A stretch of 64,000 nt of DNA from Tubulanus polymorphus (Eukaryota > Animalia > Nemertea), in NCBI RefSeq assembly GCF_964204645.1, contig NC_134027.1:13982485-14046484 (forward strand). Reading direction: 5' to 3'. The translations under genes and the position numbers were made by a program. Below, in pieces: positions 27,225 through 40,000 of the stretch. Each line of letters begins with the position of its first letter. The stretch's first letter is position 1. The notes under the pieces were generated by a model. That model searched no databases. It had not been told where the DNA came from and saw nothing but the letters and a program-made list of their open reading frames with translations.

Positions 27225-28302
27225 TTATTCTTTTAATTTTACTAGATAAAATCCATTCATTAAATTTATCATCATACCCTTTATATTTCACCAAAGAATA
27301 ATTTTTTTCTTTGAGTTTTTGTTTTTAATACTTTTTCTATTTTGTATTTTATTTCATCTGGGTTTGGTACAAGTGATAATTCTTGTTCATAGAAATAACC
27401 TAATATTTCTTCATCTTTTAGATCTTCTAATTTATAAACAAAAGGTTTAGTTAATATCATCTTTTTAATCTTGAATATTTCTTCAGTAAAATTTGTGGTG
27501 TAACCTTTATAAAATGTTTTTCGATATTTAGATATTCTAACATGTTGTCCAATTTTAAATTTTGGTTCTCCGAAATCATGTGTAACAAATGCTCCATATA
27601 AATTATTCCAAACTATTTCTGAATTATCTTCTTTTCTAGCTTGTATAGGTTTCATATTTAAAGAACTATGTTTAGAATTATTATAACCTTTCACTAAATC
27701 ATCTAACACATCGATACATTTATATGTTTCATTAGCAGTAAAATATTTCCACATTCTAGTTTTCAATGTTTTATTAAATCTTTCTATAATAGATGTTTTT
27801 TTTTCTGAATGTGTTGAAAAATATTCTACATCGTTATCAGATAATAGTTTTTTAAAATGTTTATTATAAAATTCCTTACCTTCATCGAATTGTATCTTAC
27901 CTGGAATAGCTTCTTTAAATATATTCTTAAAAGCATTTGTTACTTCTATTCCAGTTTTATTTTTGATTGGAATTGACCATGCGTATCTACTGAATATGTC
28001 ATATAACATTTAATATCCAGAAATATCCTTTGTTGTATTCTTCTAAGTTCTTCATCTCAATTAAATCAGCTTGCCATTGTTGATCGATATATGAAACCAT
28101 AACTTTTCTTGTTAAATAATTTGTATCCATTTTCTTATGGATTTGATATGTTGGTTGATTTTGTAACCATAATTTTAACTCACTATATTTTATATTTTCT
28201 TTATCAGATTTAATTCTATCCCATAATTCTGCAACGCTAGAATATGATACTTCACTCTCTGGGTTATAATATAAAATCTCTTAAATATTGTTCTTTTTTC
28301 AT
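27225..28302 (-). pseudogene. Polinton retroviral-like (rve) integrase with C-terminal chromo-like domain, frameshifted
   Basis: YYNPES..., QWQADL, DIFSRYAW, QFDEGKEF, IIERFNKTLK, YNNSKHS, KGYTTNFTEEIF, YFYEQEL, KGYDDKFNEWI. Confidence 0.9.
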
Positions 28303-28679
28303 CTTATTTCAATTCATTAATAATAATTTAGATTTAGTTTCAATGATTTTGTCATTTGACTTATTTTCTGGTATAATAGGTTTATCATCGGAATCATTAT
28401 TGTTATTAAATTTTGATTTATATATTACACCGGATAATATAATAACTGTAACTAATCCAATTGTAATGTATAATTTATTATTACTTCCAGCATTAGAAGA
28501 ATTAGATGGATTATCATTCGAATCAATATCAGATAATTTCTGTGATTCATTTATATCAGTTAATTTCTATTTCTTAGCTTTTTTTAATTCTGAAGATCTT
28601 TCACCTAATTCCCTTGCCCATTTAATTTGATTTTCAGATCTAGGCTTTTTCTTAATATCATCACTCATTTATTTTAGTT

Positions 28680-29215
28680 AATTTTTGTTCTGATTCATTT
28701 TCTGTTTCACCGTGTGGGTGTTGTACGGCACCATCTGTTTCGTTCTTACCTGATTTATATTCTATAGGCTTGATATTCGAAAATGTTATGACACCGGTAG
28801 AAATTAATGTCATAACCGATCCTCATTGGAATGAAGCATATCCAACCCATTTTTGTAATTCAATCATAACTAAGTAGTCATTTTTTAAATCAACATATAA
28901 TTTATTTTCATCATTAATTGACATTAACCGGTTACATAATTTTGAATAACATTTGACAATACCATCAGAAATAGAATCATTTATTCTAGCTAATCTTGCC
29001 TCTTCATAAATCTTAAAATATTTTATTACTTTATCTGGTTTCATGGCATCTAATTCTTGAAAAGTAATAATTCTATTTAAAAATTCCTTACACTTTCCGC
29101 TAGCAATTAGTAATTCTAGATGGTACTTACAATATAAATAGTATTCATAATCAATATTGTTATCAACTTGAGCACAATTAGAAACAACTGCACCATTATT
29201 GCCAGTAATGCCCAA
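28680..29215 (-). pseudogene. Polinton-associated hypothetical ORF (decayed)
   Basis: The 130-aa ORF (LIASGKCKEF...LKNDYLV) continues out of frame toward about 28680. A further small ORF with a hydrophobic segment (ITIGLVTVIILSGVIY) lies at 28668-28310. Confidence 0.5.
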
Positions 29216-29587
29216 ATCCTCAATTGTCTTTTCAATATCGGTATTATTCTTATTAGATTTCTATGACATTTATATTACAGAAAAAAGCGAAAAAAAATAT
29301 TATAAGTATTATAAAATGATACTAATAACACTTTAGGTTAATACTAAATTGACTAGGTTAAAGTTAAAGAATTCTTATTCAAGCCCTATTCAAAATCTAT
29401 TTAATCTAGTGTTAACAAGAATTGCAAAAGAAAATATTAAAAATATAATAGAATTGACTAACTAGTTGAAGTTATTGTTTTTTAAATATTTTTTATTCAA
29501 ATTGGGATTTAATACCTCACTACTTTTGTCTATCTATAGGAGCAATTAAATCGTCCAGATAAGTCATTTCGGATTCTCGATATTAAA

Positions 29588-30130
29588 TCATATTCCATAA
29601 TTGTATAAATCTTTCAGCTTTATTTGATTATTATATAATTCATTATCAATTTTATCACGTTTAATTCTATTTTCTATTTTCGATAAAGGTTGAATATTTA
29701 TCCAATAACATATTGTTTTTATTTCAGATTCATCTTCTATTGTTGATAATGGGATAACATGATCTAACTCCCAATATTCTCCATGATTCTCAAATTTCAT
29801 GTTATTATCGAACTGATATTCTATCCATGCTTTAAAAAATTCTATAGAACACCCTAAATAACCAATTGATCTATCAGATTTTATATAATTTTTGAAAACT
29901 CTGTTCAAACTAGTTCTGTTAGTATGCTTTAATTTGAATAATGGATCTGAATGATATTTTACTTTTTGGTAATTATTGATATGTTCGCGGTTATCTTTTA
30001 TCCAATCTCTCATGTATTCTGGGTTATTTTCTCGATATTGTGCATTATTTTGTTTCCAACATGTTTTACAAATATTTCGTAAACCATCTTTGTAGATCTT
30101 TTGTTTATAATATTCTGAAGATTGTTTATT
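29588..30130 (-). CDS. HNH/endonuclease VII-like nuclease inside the Polinton (5' end decayed)
   Basis: KDGLRNICKTC lies upstream in frame, then LGCSIEFFKAWIEYQF..ENHGEYWELDHVIP..WINIQPL..ENRIK. Confidence 0.75.
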   Translation of the reverse strand, partial: NKQSSEYYKQKIYKDGLRNICKTCWKQNNAQYRENNPEYMRDWIKDNREHINNYQKVKYHSDPLFKLKHTNRTSLNRVFKNYIKSDRSIGYLGCSIEFFKAWIEYQFDNNMKFENHGEYWELDHVIPLSTIEDESEIKTICYWINIQPLSKIENRIKRDKIDNELYNNQIKLKDLYNYGI

Positions 30131-31762
30131 TAATTCACAAATTTTTTATTTTATTTGAAATCTATTTGATAATTTCCGTCTGTTCCGAACATAGAACATT
30201 CAAACGCATGCGCACTGGGCAAAAGCGCATGCGTCAATCATTATTGTATATTTATTCTGTAAAATTGAAACAACCGAACATAGAACATTCAAACGCATGC
30301 GCATTGAGCAAAAGCGTGCATTCAGGTGCGCATTTGATCAATGCGCATGCGTCAATCATAATTGAAACGACCGAACATAGAATATTCACCAAGCAGATTT
30401 ACACAATACATATACAAGTATGTTCGGTCGTTTCATCCAACACATCATTTGATTTCTATATATAAAATTTATATTTAAAAAACATTTTTTTCAATTGCCG
30501 TTTAACTACATCAACAAATGTTAAAACTTAATCATTGGAATTTTTGTAGTCTAAATGTTTTTGAAATTCTTATATAGTTTCTTCATCGATCTCTTGTGTT
30601 TCTTATGCTTCTACGCCAATTTCTATTGGTTCGATATCCATTGCTGTCGATTCCACGGAAAGAGTATCTTGAGTTTCTCTATCGCTTCTTGATGCGTATG
30701 ACATTTTATTAATCTAAAAGATATTAGTGGTAACTCTAGCTATCTAAAAGATAAACTAAATATAAATATATTTAAAGGTTTCATATTTAATAGCCTCAAT
30801 AACAACAAAAACTGTACTTACATTTAACTCGCGAACTGTGAACTCCGAATTACATCCAAAATGGGATAGATAATATAACTGTATATGTATGTCTGTTTGA
30901 GCAGTCTCTGGTTCAGTGTTAATACGTCAAGTATGTACAAGCGCATACGAAACTGCCAACAAGCACCATCTGTCACCGTTTGCAGTAAAGGATCGTTAAT
31001 AATTCCGCGCGTAAGTTGGCGACAGGTGTTCTAGATAACAATGGGTAGTATGAATATGACTCAATCCTTATCTCACACTACTATGTCTATCTAAATGTGT
31101 TCTAGTTTTATTGTGTCTTGCTTTTTGGGATTTATCTATATTGATTTTACATGTTGGACAGTAGTACTTCTTATTTGCTTCCATTTTAATATCAAATTTT
31201 TTATTAAAATTGATTTTAGAAGTTATTCATTTATATGTTATTCATATATATGAATATTTTAAGAGTAATAGGGGTAATAGGGGTTCAGCTTAAAGGTTGA
31301 AGGGGCGAGTGAGTAAAAAATGAAAAATAAATTCGAGCGCGCGAGAATTTATTTTTGATTTTTTACGAGCTCGACCCTTTTTTTTTTCACACAAAAAGTT
31401 CATTTTCTATCAGATTCGACAACTAACAGCTTCTAATCGAAATGTAGAATTCTGATAGTAATATAACACTCATACTCTCCGCGGAGATTCTATCTATGCA
31501 CTCTCCATCCTATTTTAAACTTAAAATTAAGTACTGTAAGATAACACCGGATGAAAGGCATTCAGGCAGGGCACATATCAGTACAGTGCCGGCGCGCAAC
31601 AATTGTTTTATTAATGAAACAACATGGTGGATGGTTGAAATCATTTTCGGCTTAAATTTATCGCAAGTTTTAAGACTTTAATGAATTTCACGGAACCATG
31701 ATTTCTAAAATGAGTCAATTGATTAATTCTATTCGTAAATCAATTTACGTTGGCTACATTTC

Positions 31763-32536
31763 CTAGCCTAGAATATTTTGTGAGCATCCTGGGCCCATAA
31801 CCTAATTATTGCGTGGAAGTCACCTCTAGGCTCCATCATGACGGTAGAAAATATCTCAGCAGGAAAATAAACGATAACTTTAATGTATTAATATTGAGTC
31901 GCAAGCGATCTTGTCGTGACATCAGATAGGACGGTAACTTTCGTGCGTCACGCATAACTAACGAGAGGCTCTTATCATCGAGAGATTCTACTAGCTCGGC
32001 AAATGCCTCCTCGTTTTTCTCATCGTTAATTTGGGCGCCAGCATCCGCTGTTATTGTGTCTTTAGGTTTTTATAACTTCATATATCCCAAAAACTTAACA
32101 CGCCAATTCTCATAATTCCGTTCATCACCGTCGAACACTAGCCTAGAATATTTTGTGAGCATCCTGGGCCCATAACCTATTTATTGCGTGGAAGTCACCT
32201 CTTGGCTCCATCATGACGGTAGAAAATATCTCAGCAGGAAAATAAACGATAACTTTAATGTATTAATATTGAGCCGCAAGCGATCCTGTCGTGACATCAG
32301 ATAAGACGGTAACTTTCGTATCTGAGCTGCGCACAACTGATCCCGCGTATTTTTATTAGTTACATACATTTATAAACCAACTAGAGATCACACACTAACA
32401 GTTGGTATCGATGACCCGTCGGCCGGATTAAATGACTGTTACAAAGACGACGCTGACCATTGAAACTGATATCAGGCTGATACTTAGCTATATTATCATC
32501 TGAACAGAGACTAATTATATATCTCCTTCCTTAACA
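31763..32536 (-). mobile_element. Copia-type LTR retrotransposon fragment: LTR + PBS + gag N-terminus, with a 375-bp-offset partial duplication
   Basis: TGTTAA LTR start at 32536. PBS GGTTATGGGCCCAG at 32177-32164 and again at 31802-31789. gag MLTKYSRLVFDGDERNYENWRVKFLGYMKL*...AFAELVESLDDKSLSLVMRDA from 32162. Confidence 0.85.
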
Positions 32537-32653
32537 GTTTTGATGGCCAATTTAATCCAATTTGATATCAGATGACAGCCTAGAAATTTAATTCAAAACA
32601 CAATTTAACGTTTGATTATCAATTGGATGATTATTCCATCCCAGAAAATCCTT

Positions 32654-32785
32654 TTAAATCTGGCCTTTAAGGTTTAACTCATTAACCATTTGATCAACAA
32701 GTCTATATTTCTGTATTTTTCCAGTGACAGTCATGGGGAACTCTTTGACAACTACAACATACTTCGGTATCTTATAATGAGAAAT
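32654..32785 (-). CDS. ACSF2: ACSF2-like last coding exon (ISHYKIPKY...[11 protein letters not shown]...stop)
   Basis: tag acceptor, catalytic Lys motif TGKIQK, TAA at 32656-32654. Confidence 0.93.
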   Translation of the reverse strand: MSHYKIPKYVVVVKEFPMTVTGKIQKYRLVDQMVNELNLKGQI

Positions 32786-35700
32786 CTAAAATAAAAAAGA
32801 ATCAAACATATGGTATCAGAGATGCAATTAAATATAAGATAGGAGAAGACGCTAACGATAAATACCTTTCCTTTACAGAAATCTTTGATTTGCTGAGCGG
32901 TAACAGTTTGTTTAGATTTAACTCGAATACAGGCACACACTTCCTCGCCCATTCTTTTATCAGGAATACCAATGACCTGTATATAATTACATATAACGTA
33001 TTCATACATTAAATAGAAAGAATCTGTAACGTATTCATACATTTAATAGAAAGAATCTGTACATGTGGTCCGGTTAGCAATAGGATAGCAATTTCAGCAT
33101 GGTCAAATCGCGATAAATCAATGAAGTTCAATTGGTTTCGACGATATTACATACTGCCGCGTTTAAAGAATGTACCCCATCCCCGCTTGCCAGGGATGAC
33201 AACATATATATACCCTGGTCGTAGTTCCAATGTAGCCAGGATTTGCCTTAGCAGAGGGCATTAAATCTAATTGCATTTGCCACAGAGTTGACTAGGCCTA
33301 ATTCTACTGATCAGTCCAAAATATATTTGTTTGTGAATTCTAAAAAATCTAATCATTCCATCTCAGGAGGGTCCAGCTCAAGTGCGCAACCACGAAATTA
33401 CGAAACGAAATAACGAAATGCATGTAAGAAAAGATAAAGACAATACAGCTGCAAAGCAGCTATAACAGGTTTCTGCCTTGCAGGATCAAATGTCATGCTA
33501 GGAAGCTTGCAAAATATTTCACTGAAATCAGTTCATAACATTCCACTATTTTGTAAGGAGTTTTCAAAATTTATGCCCTCTAGTGGTTAGAATAGGAACT
33601 AATTATGTGAGGGATCGTTGTATTTCATATCCAGGTACATGTGTATCAATTTTCATAGAAATCCCTTAATTCGCTTAGTAGATATATATGAAAATGTATT
33701 TCCAGCGATTTGTAGGTGGCGCTCCTGGAGAACCATATGATAACTAGTCAAATCATACATCAATACAAGCGTCTTGTCAAGGGCTACTGACCACACATTG
33801 CAACCTGGATTCTATCACCCACAGTTAAGGTGCTAGGTGCCTACACAGTCACAGTATGAACTAGTTGGTAAAGGGCAGGTATATGTTTATTCACAAAAAC
33901 CAAGTTTTGTGATTTTGCTTATTCAATGCACTGAATTACCTGCGAAAAAAGGATTCTGGAATTATTTTTCTAAAAACACTCCCTTGTGGTTAAAATGGGA
34001 ACTAATCATGTAAAGGGTTTGTTGTATTCCATAACCAGGTACATATCTATCAATTTTTATAGAAATCCCTTTATACGCCTAGTCTATATAGATGAAAATA
34101 TGTTTTCCAACTTTTATAGGTGCCGCTCCAGGAGAACCATATGACTGACCTAGTTATACTATACATCAATACAAGCATCTTTTCAAAGGCTACTGATGAC
34201 ACATTAGAACCACGATCCTATCTCTTGTGGTTAAGGGTCTAGGAGCAAAAATCTCATTTAAAAAATTAGGGCCCATGGTTGAGCCCCTAGAGCCCAAACG
34301 GGCAGATTGGGCGTGCCATTGACTTTTTTAACCTACGGTCTGCCATGAACACCTTTCGTGCTCGCCCGAAGCTGAAAACTGAAAGACAAAAATTTTTCTC
34401 ACACATTAATTTTACAATCATGTCACAATTTTCAAAAAGAACACACCCCCGGTGAGTGAACGGGGTCCCCAATCAAAAATCCCTTAGACTTACCTCAAGG
34501 TATTACATACATCTCACATAAGTTTCAAGTAAATCCGTTGAGCAGTATTCCTGTTACTAGCCGAATAATATATATATATATATATATGATATATGAATAT
34601 ATGATGCCTTTACTTGTGTATACAGCACAAGGCTATAAAGATTCCTCAGTTTTGTTCATCCGAGGAATGTCCTTATTCACACCAAGACACCACTACTGCT
34701 TACGTGTTTACTACAGATCTAGAACACGAACACACACACACGAACACACACACACACACACACGAACACACACACACGAACACACACACGAACACACGCA
34801 CACGAACACACACACGCACACGAACACACACACACACGCACACGAACACACACACACACACGCACACGAACACACACACACACGCACACGAACACACACG
34901 CACACGAACACACACACACACACGAACACACACACACACGCACACGAACACACACGCACACGAACACACACACACACACGCACACACACGCACACGAACA
35001 CACACACACACGAACACACACGCACACGCACACACACACACACGAACACACACGCACACGAACACACACACACACACGCACACGAACACACACGCACACA
35101 CACACACGCACACGAACACACGCACACGAACACACACGCACACGAACACACACGCACACGAACACACACGCACACGAACACACACACACACACGCACACG
35201 AACACACAGCACACACACACGAACACACACACACACGCACACGAACACACACACACGAACACACACGCACACGAACACACACACACACGCACACGAACAC
35301 ACACGCACACGAACACACACACGAACACGAACACACACACGAACACACACACGAACACACGAACACACACACGAACACACACACGAACACGAACACACAC
35401 ACGAACACGAACACGAACACACACACAGTAGTTTATATCCTTTCAGTAAGATCCAGTGTGAGTCCAAATCCGTGATTTACCGTTGATTTTGAAGCTCAGG
35501 TCGTCTGGTAATTTGTAGGCTTTTTGGGACGTACTTTCATCAATGGATGATGATGCTTTGCGACATTCTTGTCGCTTTTTAGAACCGGAAATTATGCAGG
35601 ATTAATTCATAATAAATTACTATTTACAAATTTGAAATGGTCGGATGGAACGTTCTATTGCTGTCAGAATTGAAAGTTATGTTAATAAGCAGTTAGTGGT

Positions 35701-36961
35701 CGAAATGAGTCAAATTTCATGAAAATTTTTTGACGCCTTATAAAATGCTACCATTATGAAACCTAAACAATGATAATAACCATTCGGCGTCATTTTACAA
35801 AAGACAACCATAAATCGATGTGCAAAACTTCACAGGTCTATGTGTACACATGCAAGCTATTTGGCAAAATATAATTGACAAAGATGTAGAAAAGCTCCCT
35901 GTGATTATATAATGAGCTCTATTTGAAAGTCGAAATGTTATATGAATCGAATATCATAAGATGTATTGTTATAGTAATGGATGTATGATTATATCAGAAG
36001 CGGCAGAGCATAAATAGAAATGATAAGTAAATCGGATTACTCGGACAAAATGGCAGATGTTTACACGATTTGGAAGTCTGATATAAAAGCAAGACCCTGA
36101 CATGGGGATGCTGGTGGAATGAAGAAGCTCTACGATCTGTGTAGGGCCGGCGTGAATTTCATCGGCGGCTACAAGCGGTCGATATGAAAATGTGTAAACA
36201 TATAATTTCAATATTCAAATGTTATAGAAAATATGTTTGATATAAGGGGTATGCAGCTTTCATGAGATTAACAATCTATAATAGCATAGCTGTCATATAC
36301 AGCTCCACGTCCTCTGATGGCATGTGTAATAGGTGACAATTCAATTCAATTCTTTATTGATCCTTATAACATGTAAAATTCCGGGATGAAATTCCCAAAT
36401 TCAATAATGTTACAAATTTCAAAATAAGAAAATACAACATACAAGACATACGCGTAATTCACACAGAATAACATGAATAAAATATTTCAAATGACAATGT
36501 CTACTTCAACCCCTCAAGAGGATATCTAGTGACAGCCAAATCGAGCAGGGACCCCGGGCCGGCTGGCTAAGCCACGCACGATATACACACGATTAACATA
36601 ACTTTCAATTCTGACAGCAATAGAACGTTCCATCCGACCATTTCAAAAGTAATGATGAAGTAGACATCAGAAGAGCTCTTTCCTCAACCATGAAGGCAAT
36701 GAAGTTGCAGACCAGCTTATAGGCTAAAGTGAATGAAGTCGGTCACAAGTTATCAATTATTGACAATTTTCAATAAAAAAAATTAAATGAAACCACTACT
36801 ACAGTCGAAGACCTGTATCATCTACCTAATCGCCAAATCTCATAATTCCCCAAATTTCTTTAAAATTTCGATTTCAAATTTTCAATTCCACATTAGCTTA
36901 TCCCAAAAATTCGACATTTTTTCGCAGGCATCAAATAATTTATTAGAATTAATATTCTTGT

Positions 36962-37005
<44 letters not shown>

Positions 37006-40000
37006 TAATATTACAATCAACAGAGTAACAAGAGGGTTTCTACGAAGCAGCAGAAACCCTAATTAGGGATAATTTGTACTGGTTTTGTGTAACTATTCAA
37101 TGCCCCATGATAACCATATGCAAAACCCAATAACCTTGAAATTCGGCACGATAATAGAACCTGTCATGGACTACAACTTTGCAATCATGGTAACGAAATA
37201 TGCCTAGGAACCAATCTAACAAGGAAACTAATAAGTCATTCTAACTATTCAACGTCCCCTGGTGACCATATAGAATAACAAATGTCCTTAAAACTCACCA
37301 CAATCATAAAGGTTGTCATGAGCTACAACTTTGCAATTGATTGTGGTAACAAAATATGCATAGGTACAAATATGATATAGAAATACTAAGTTATTGTATT
37401 ATTAAATGCCCCCTGGTGGCCATATACAAAAACCAATGACCTTGAAACTCACCAAAATCATAGAGCACGTTATGGGCTACAACAATTGATTTTGGTAACA
37501 CAATATGCTTAGGTATCAAAACAAGAGGACCATAAGGTCCATATGGTCGAAGACAGTGCATGAGGAGATATGAGTTTTATTAGTGAAAACATATTCACCG
37601 TTTGCAGGGTTTCTTTTAATGTTATGGACATTCTCCCTCGAGACACAAGTGGTCCTATTTTCCCCAAATCCTGAAAAACTCTTTGGGGAATTGTGAAAAT
37701 AAACTGATTATTTGTTCTCTAAAGACATTATAGTATTCTTATTTTAGTTTATTTCAAAATAACGATCTTTTTCAATAAAATGCGTGGATCTACCTTCCCT
37801 AAAAAGCATAGTGTAATTGTCCCAGACATCCTACCCACCCTATTTTCCATAATGGTATAGTCCACCCATTAACCAATGAAACTTTGTTCTGTGTGTGTGT
37901 GTGTGTGTGTGATGCTTCAAATGAATGAAATCATGTGGCAGGCACTACTACTAGTGGTAGTTTTAATTACGGCAAATACCATATGACATGAGAATGCACT
38001 TAAAATGGCTCTAAAAATCCTCAAAACCTCCCCCTTTGGGCTTGACGCCTGATGTGCTCGACTTGGCATGATAAAATTGTACAATTTTGGCCACTAAAAA
38101 GGTCATAGGACGGCCATCTTGAGTCCGATCGACCCAAATTTTCTTCTGCTGATGAACCCTTGGGGGATTTGAATATATACGAAAGATCAAGGTATTGATC
38201 AAAGTGTCTTCAAAATTTCCCTCGAAACTTCGAAAATGTGTAAAAAGTGCTGATTTTGGCGAACAACAATGGCTGCCAGTCGGCCATCTTGATTTTGACA
38301 GGGCCAGTTTTTGGGCTGAAGATGTGTCTACGGTAGATACATGTGTAACCCAAATATCAAGACATTACATTTGCGTCTTCAAAACTTACCAAAATAACTG
38401 GATTCCGTCTACGGACTGATGAACGGACAGACGAAAAGTGAACGCAATAGTCCGCTGGGACGGAAGTCCCAAGTGGGCTAATAAATAGAGCCCATCATAG
38501 TATGATAACCACACTCAAACGTGGTGAACGGATAATAAGATAAAAGCCCACTACTGTAACTCACTACTCGCTGTAACCCCTACTGGATAATAAACCCCTA
38601 CTGGATAAAGACTCACACACCTGGATCCACTAGTTGAGAACAATCTTACAATCTTACATCATGTGAAAACAGTGGTTGGCATGTACAAAATTCCTCAGAT
38701 ACCTCTTTTTTCCCTTTCCTTCGGTCACAATAATTTGTGTGATTTATGCTAAATGTCATTGAACAAGATTATTTAGTTTTTCTGTTGAATAAACTCTAAT
38801 TGGATTTGAATTTCCAGACCTGCTGCTTTAAGGTTTTGTTAACCCTTTAACCGGCAAGTATTTTTCAGCTGTGAGTGATTTTGGACCATGCAAGGGGAAA
38901 ACTTAACAAGAGCCCCAAGGGGCACAATGGCCAGCCTGTCAGATTTGCTTTTTATAAATGATGTAATCTGTGGGTTATATTTATCAATATACACTCCCTG
39001 CTCAATATCAAAATGATACACACGATTGTAGTATGTCAATTTTACATACTTCAATCGTGTGTTAACACAGACAGCAGGAATGAATGTAATATAGAAATAC
39101 TAAGTTATTGTTATGTCAACGCCCCTGGTGGCCATATACAAAAACCAATGAGCTTGAAACTCACCAAGATCATAGACCATGTCATGAGCTACAACTTTCC
39201 AATTGATTGTGGTATCAAAATATGCATAGGTACGAATGTAATATAGAAATACAATAGAATTGTATTGTTCAACGCTCCCTGGTGGCCATAAACAAAAACC
39301 AATGAGCTTGAAACTCACCTCAATCAGGGAAGTGTGATGAGATGGAATACAGACACTATTGTGCAGCTCTTGTCGAATGTGCGTTGTAATTGCCCTAAAG
39401 CCGATAACGGTTCGTCGGCGAGCGCTTTGTTATGTAACGCGCCGATAAGTGATAACCAGCGAGATCGGGAATCTCCGTAATAATTCAGTTGTTTCCGAAT
39501 ATCGGTTTTTCATCCCATAATAAACTTATATAAAAATTCCTCTGTAAACTGGTTAAACTCAACACCTGATTTCCCTCATCAATTTTAGTCGATCAACTTG
39601 CATTCACAATTGTCTTAAATTTAAGTGCCCCCTAGTTTGTCTCTTAGCTGCTTCTCTTTAATCTGTTTTAGCGTGTAACTGTTTCTACGTTAATTTTCCT
39701 TTAGTTAGTATCATCTCTGATTACTTGAATTAGTCTCTTTGTCTCTGGATTGTATATATCTCTCATAATTTCTGTAGTATTCATTATTTCTGAAGATGAC
39801 TATTAGGACATAGACGAAACGTTGAATAAACTACTAACATTTTTGGACTTTTTCGTTATCATTGTGCGATTCTCTCTACGTCGCTTCAGACAGATATAGT
39901 GTTTTATCAATCGTGATATCGGTTCTTTCCGCTGTATTAAAATGGCAACGGTTGTCAACGAAATTATAAATGATGACAATTTTGACGAACTATTCTTTGA

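Larger units (their letters stand above)
26173..31082 (-). mobile_element. Decayed Polinton/Maverick fragment
   Basis: Very AT-rich, intronless, tightly packed minus-strand ORF remnants: HNH nuclease, two small ORFs, retroviral-like integrase and pPolB N-terminus. ACTACT at 31077-31082 is a tentative right terminus. The left side is cut by the HINE-B end at about 26172. Confidence 0.85.

Noticed and set aside
26173-31082. Bacterial or viral contamination (AT-rich intronless ORFs)
   Set aside because: The ORFs are Polinton-type, decayed by frameshifts, and joined to host repeat families.
34538-35486. His/Thr-rich and Cys/Val-rich 235-297-aa ORFs
   Set aside because: These are translations of a (CA)n-type microsatellite within an intron.
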